Of a DNA stretch of 27,162 nt, positions 26,271 through 27,162 are shown one piece after another. Source of the stretch: Fidelibacterota bacterium (lineage in GTDB: Bacteria > Fidelibacterota > Marinisomatia > Marinisomatales > TCS56); contig JBDRBK010000085.1 of the NCBI GenBank assembly GCA_043822705.1, positions 1 through 27,162 on the forward strand, read 5' to 3'. Every line of letters begins with the position of its first letter. Position 1 is the stretch's first letter. Made by a program: the position numbers and the translations under genes. Under the pieces are notes generated by a model that was not told the origin of the DNA, did no database searches, and was given only the letters and a program-made list of their open reading frames with translations.

Positions 26271-26727
26271 GTACGAAATCAAACCGCTGACGGCGGATCA
26301 TTTGCATGAGGTGGTGAAGATCGAGAAGGCTTCATTCAGCGATCCGTGGCCGGAAAGCGCTTTCCGCAATCTGATGATCCAGACGAGAAACAACTGGGCG
26401 ATTCTGATCGGCGGAGATGTTGCCGGTTATTTGGTGACGCAGTGGGTGTTGGATGAGATTCATATCCTGAATCTCGCTGTGTCGGAACGTTTTCGGCGGC
26501 GGGGGCTGGCGGCGGCTTTGATGTCGTTCCTGATCAAGTCGGGCCAGAAGAAAAAGAGCCGCGATATGTATCTGGAAGTCAGAGCGTCCAACGATGCGGC
26601 GCGCGCACTCTATGCGAAATTCGGTTTCTCGCCGTTAGGAATGCGGAAATCCTATTACGCCGATGGTGAGGATGCGATGGTGCTGCATAAGCGCATCCCT
26701 CGAAGCAGAGAAAAAGGAGAAGAGTGA
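26233..26727 (+). CDS. rimI: Ribosomal-protein-alanine N-acetyltransferase (GNAT); start GTG 26233 or 26245, overlapping folP
   Basis: IEKASFSDPW, DEIHILNLAV, acetyl-CoA motif RRRGLA, LEVRASN..A..LY.KFGF...G.RK.YY..GEDA. Confidence 0.92.
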   Translation: MTDTVKSTLPTPEYEIKPLTADHLHEVVKIEKASFSDPWPESAFRNLMIQTRNNWAILIGGDVAGYLVTQWVLDEIHILNLAVSERFRRRGLAAALMSFLIKSGQKKKSRDMYLEVRASNDAARALYAKFGFSPLGMRKSYYADGEDAMVLHKRIPRSREKGEE

Positions 26728-26730
26728 TAA

Positions 26731-27162
26731 ATGGCGATTGAATGGTTCAAACGGGATGAAGCGGCCTTTTCACCGACTCAGAAGAAGACATCGGAAGATG
26801 CCCTCTGGATCAAGTGTGATTCGTGCAGTGAAATTGTCTTCAAGCGCGAATTGGAGAAGAAGCTGCTGGTCTGTCCGAAGTGCTCGAATCACTTTGCAAT
26901 GGACGGCGAGAAGTATATTGAAATACTTACGGACAAGGATTCGTGGACTGAAATCGGCGCCAATTTGAGATCTCAGGATCCTCTGTCGTTCCGGGATCAG
27001 AAGAAATACAGCGAACGGCTCAGCTCTGCCATCAAGACCACCGGCAAGAACGAGGCCATAACGGTTGGAAGATGCACGATCGACTCGATTTCCGTCGTGC
27101 TGGGCATTATGGAATTTTCTTTTATGGGCGGCAGTGTGGGGAGCGTCGTCGGCGAGAAAATC
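26731..27162 (+). CDS. accD: Acetyl-CoA carboxylase carboxyltransferase beta subunit (3'-truncated; absent from the ORF track because it has no stop)
   Basis: Translated by hand: MAIEWFKR...LWIKCDSC...VCPKC (Zn ribbon)...DPLSFRDQKKY..RL...FSFMGGSVGSVVGEKI. AGGAG upstream. Confidence 0.96.
   Translation, partial: MAIEWFKRDEAAFSPTQKKTSEDALWIKCDSCSEIVFKRELEKKLLVCPKCSNHFAMDGEKYIEILTDKDSWTEIGANLRSQDPLSFRDQKKYSERLSSAIKTTGKNEAITVGRCTIDSISVVLGIMEFSFMGGSVGSVVGEKI

Noticed and set aside
26663..26968. 101-aa + strand ORF after rimI
   Set aside because: Wrong frame. The real gene is accD starting at 26731, which runs off the window.
1..27162. CRISPR arrays, transposases, integrases, prophage or defence genes
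   Set aside because: No regularly spaced repeats or such proteins were seen. Nearly all of the sequence is accounted for by the listed genes.

Overview
Gene-dense bacterial chromosomal segment, almost entirely + strand and mostly housekeeping. Order: nqrF (5'-truncated), apbE, a convergent nqrM-like gene, an ion-transporter-superfamily permease coupled to pduO, nrnA-ispH-pdxS-pdxT-dxs, cstA, a B12-dependent acyl-CoA mutase large subunit with isobutyryl-CoA mutase (IcmA) specificity residues, a cytochrome c maturation cluster (ccmE-ccmF-ccmI-like-ccmA-ccmB-ccmC-ccmD), an archaeal-type (class II) GAPDH-like gene, an MBL hydrolase, tilS-hpt-ftsH, a PEGA-like membrane protein, folE-folP-rimI and accD (3'-truncated). 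I see no mobile element, CRISPR array, tRNA or rRNA. The most notable signals are: (1) CcmE of the Cys-type (CxxxY, System I*), with no ccmG/ccmH in the cluster and a stand-alone CcmI N-terminal fragment; (2) a divergent class II GAPDH homologue (SCNTH active site) tightly coupled to the ccm cluster; (3) the IcmA-type mutase with no B12-binding subunit nearby; (4) an abrupt codon-usage switch inside ftsH (about 23.2-23.4 kb), suggesting a chimeric assembly or a recombination join; (5) a terminator hairpin inside the apbE signal-peptide coding region; (6) an inverted nqrM. An FCB-group origin (Marinimicrobia-like) for the left part is my impression only. All family calls come from motif recognition, not database searches.
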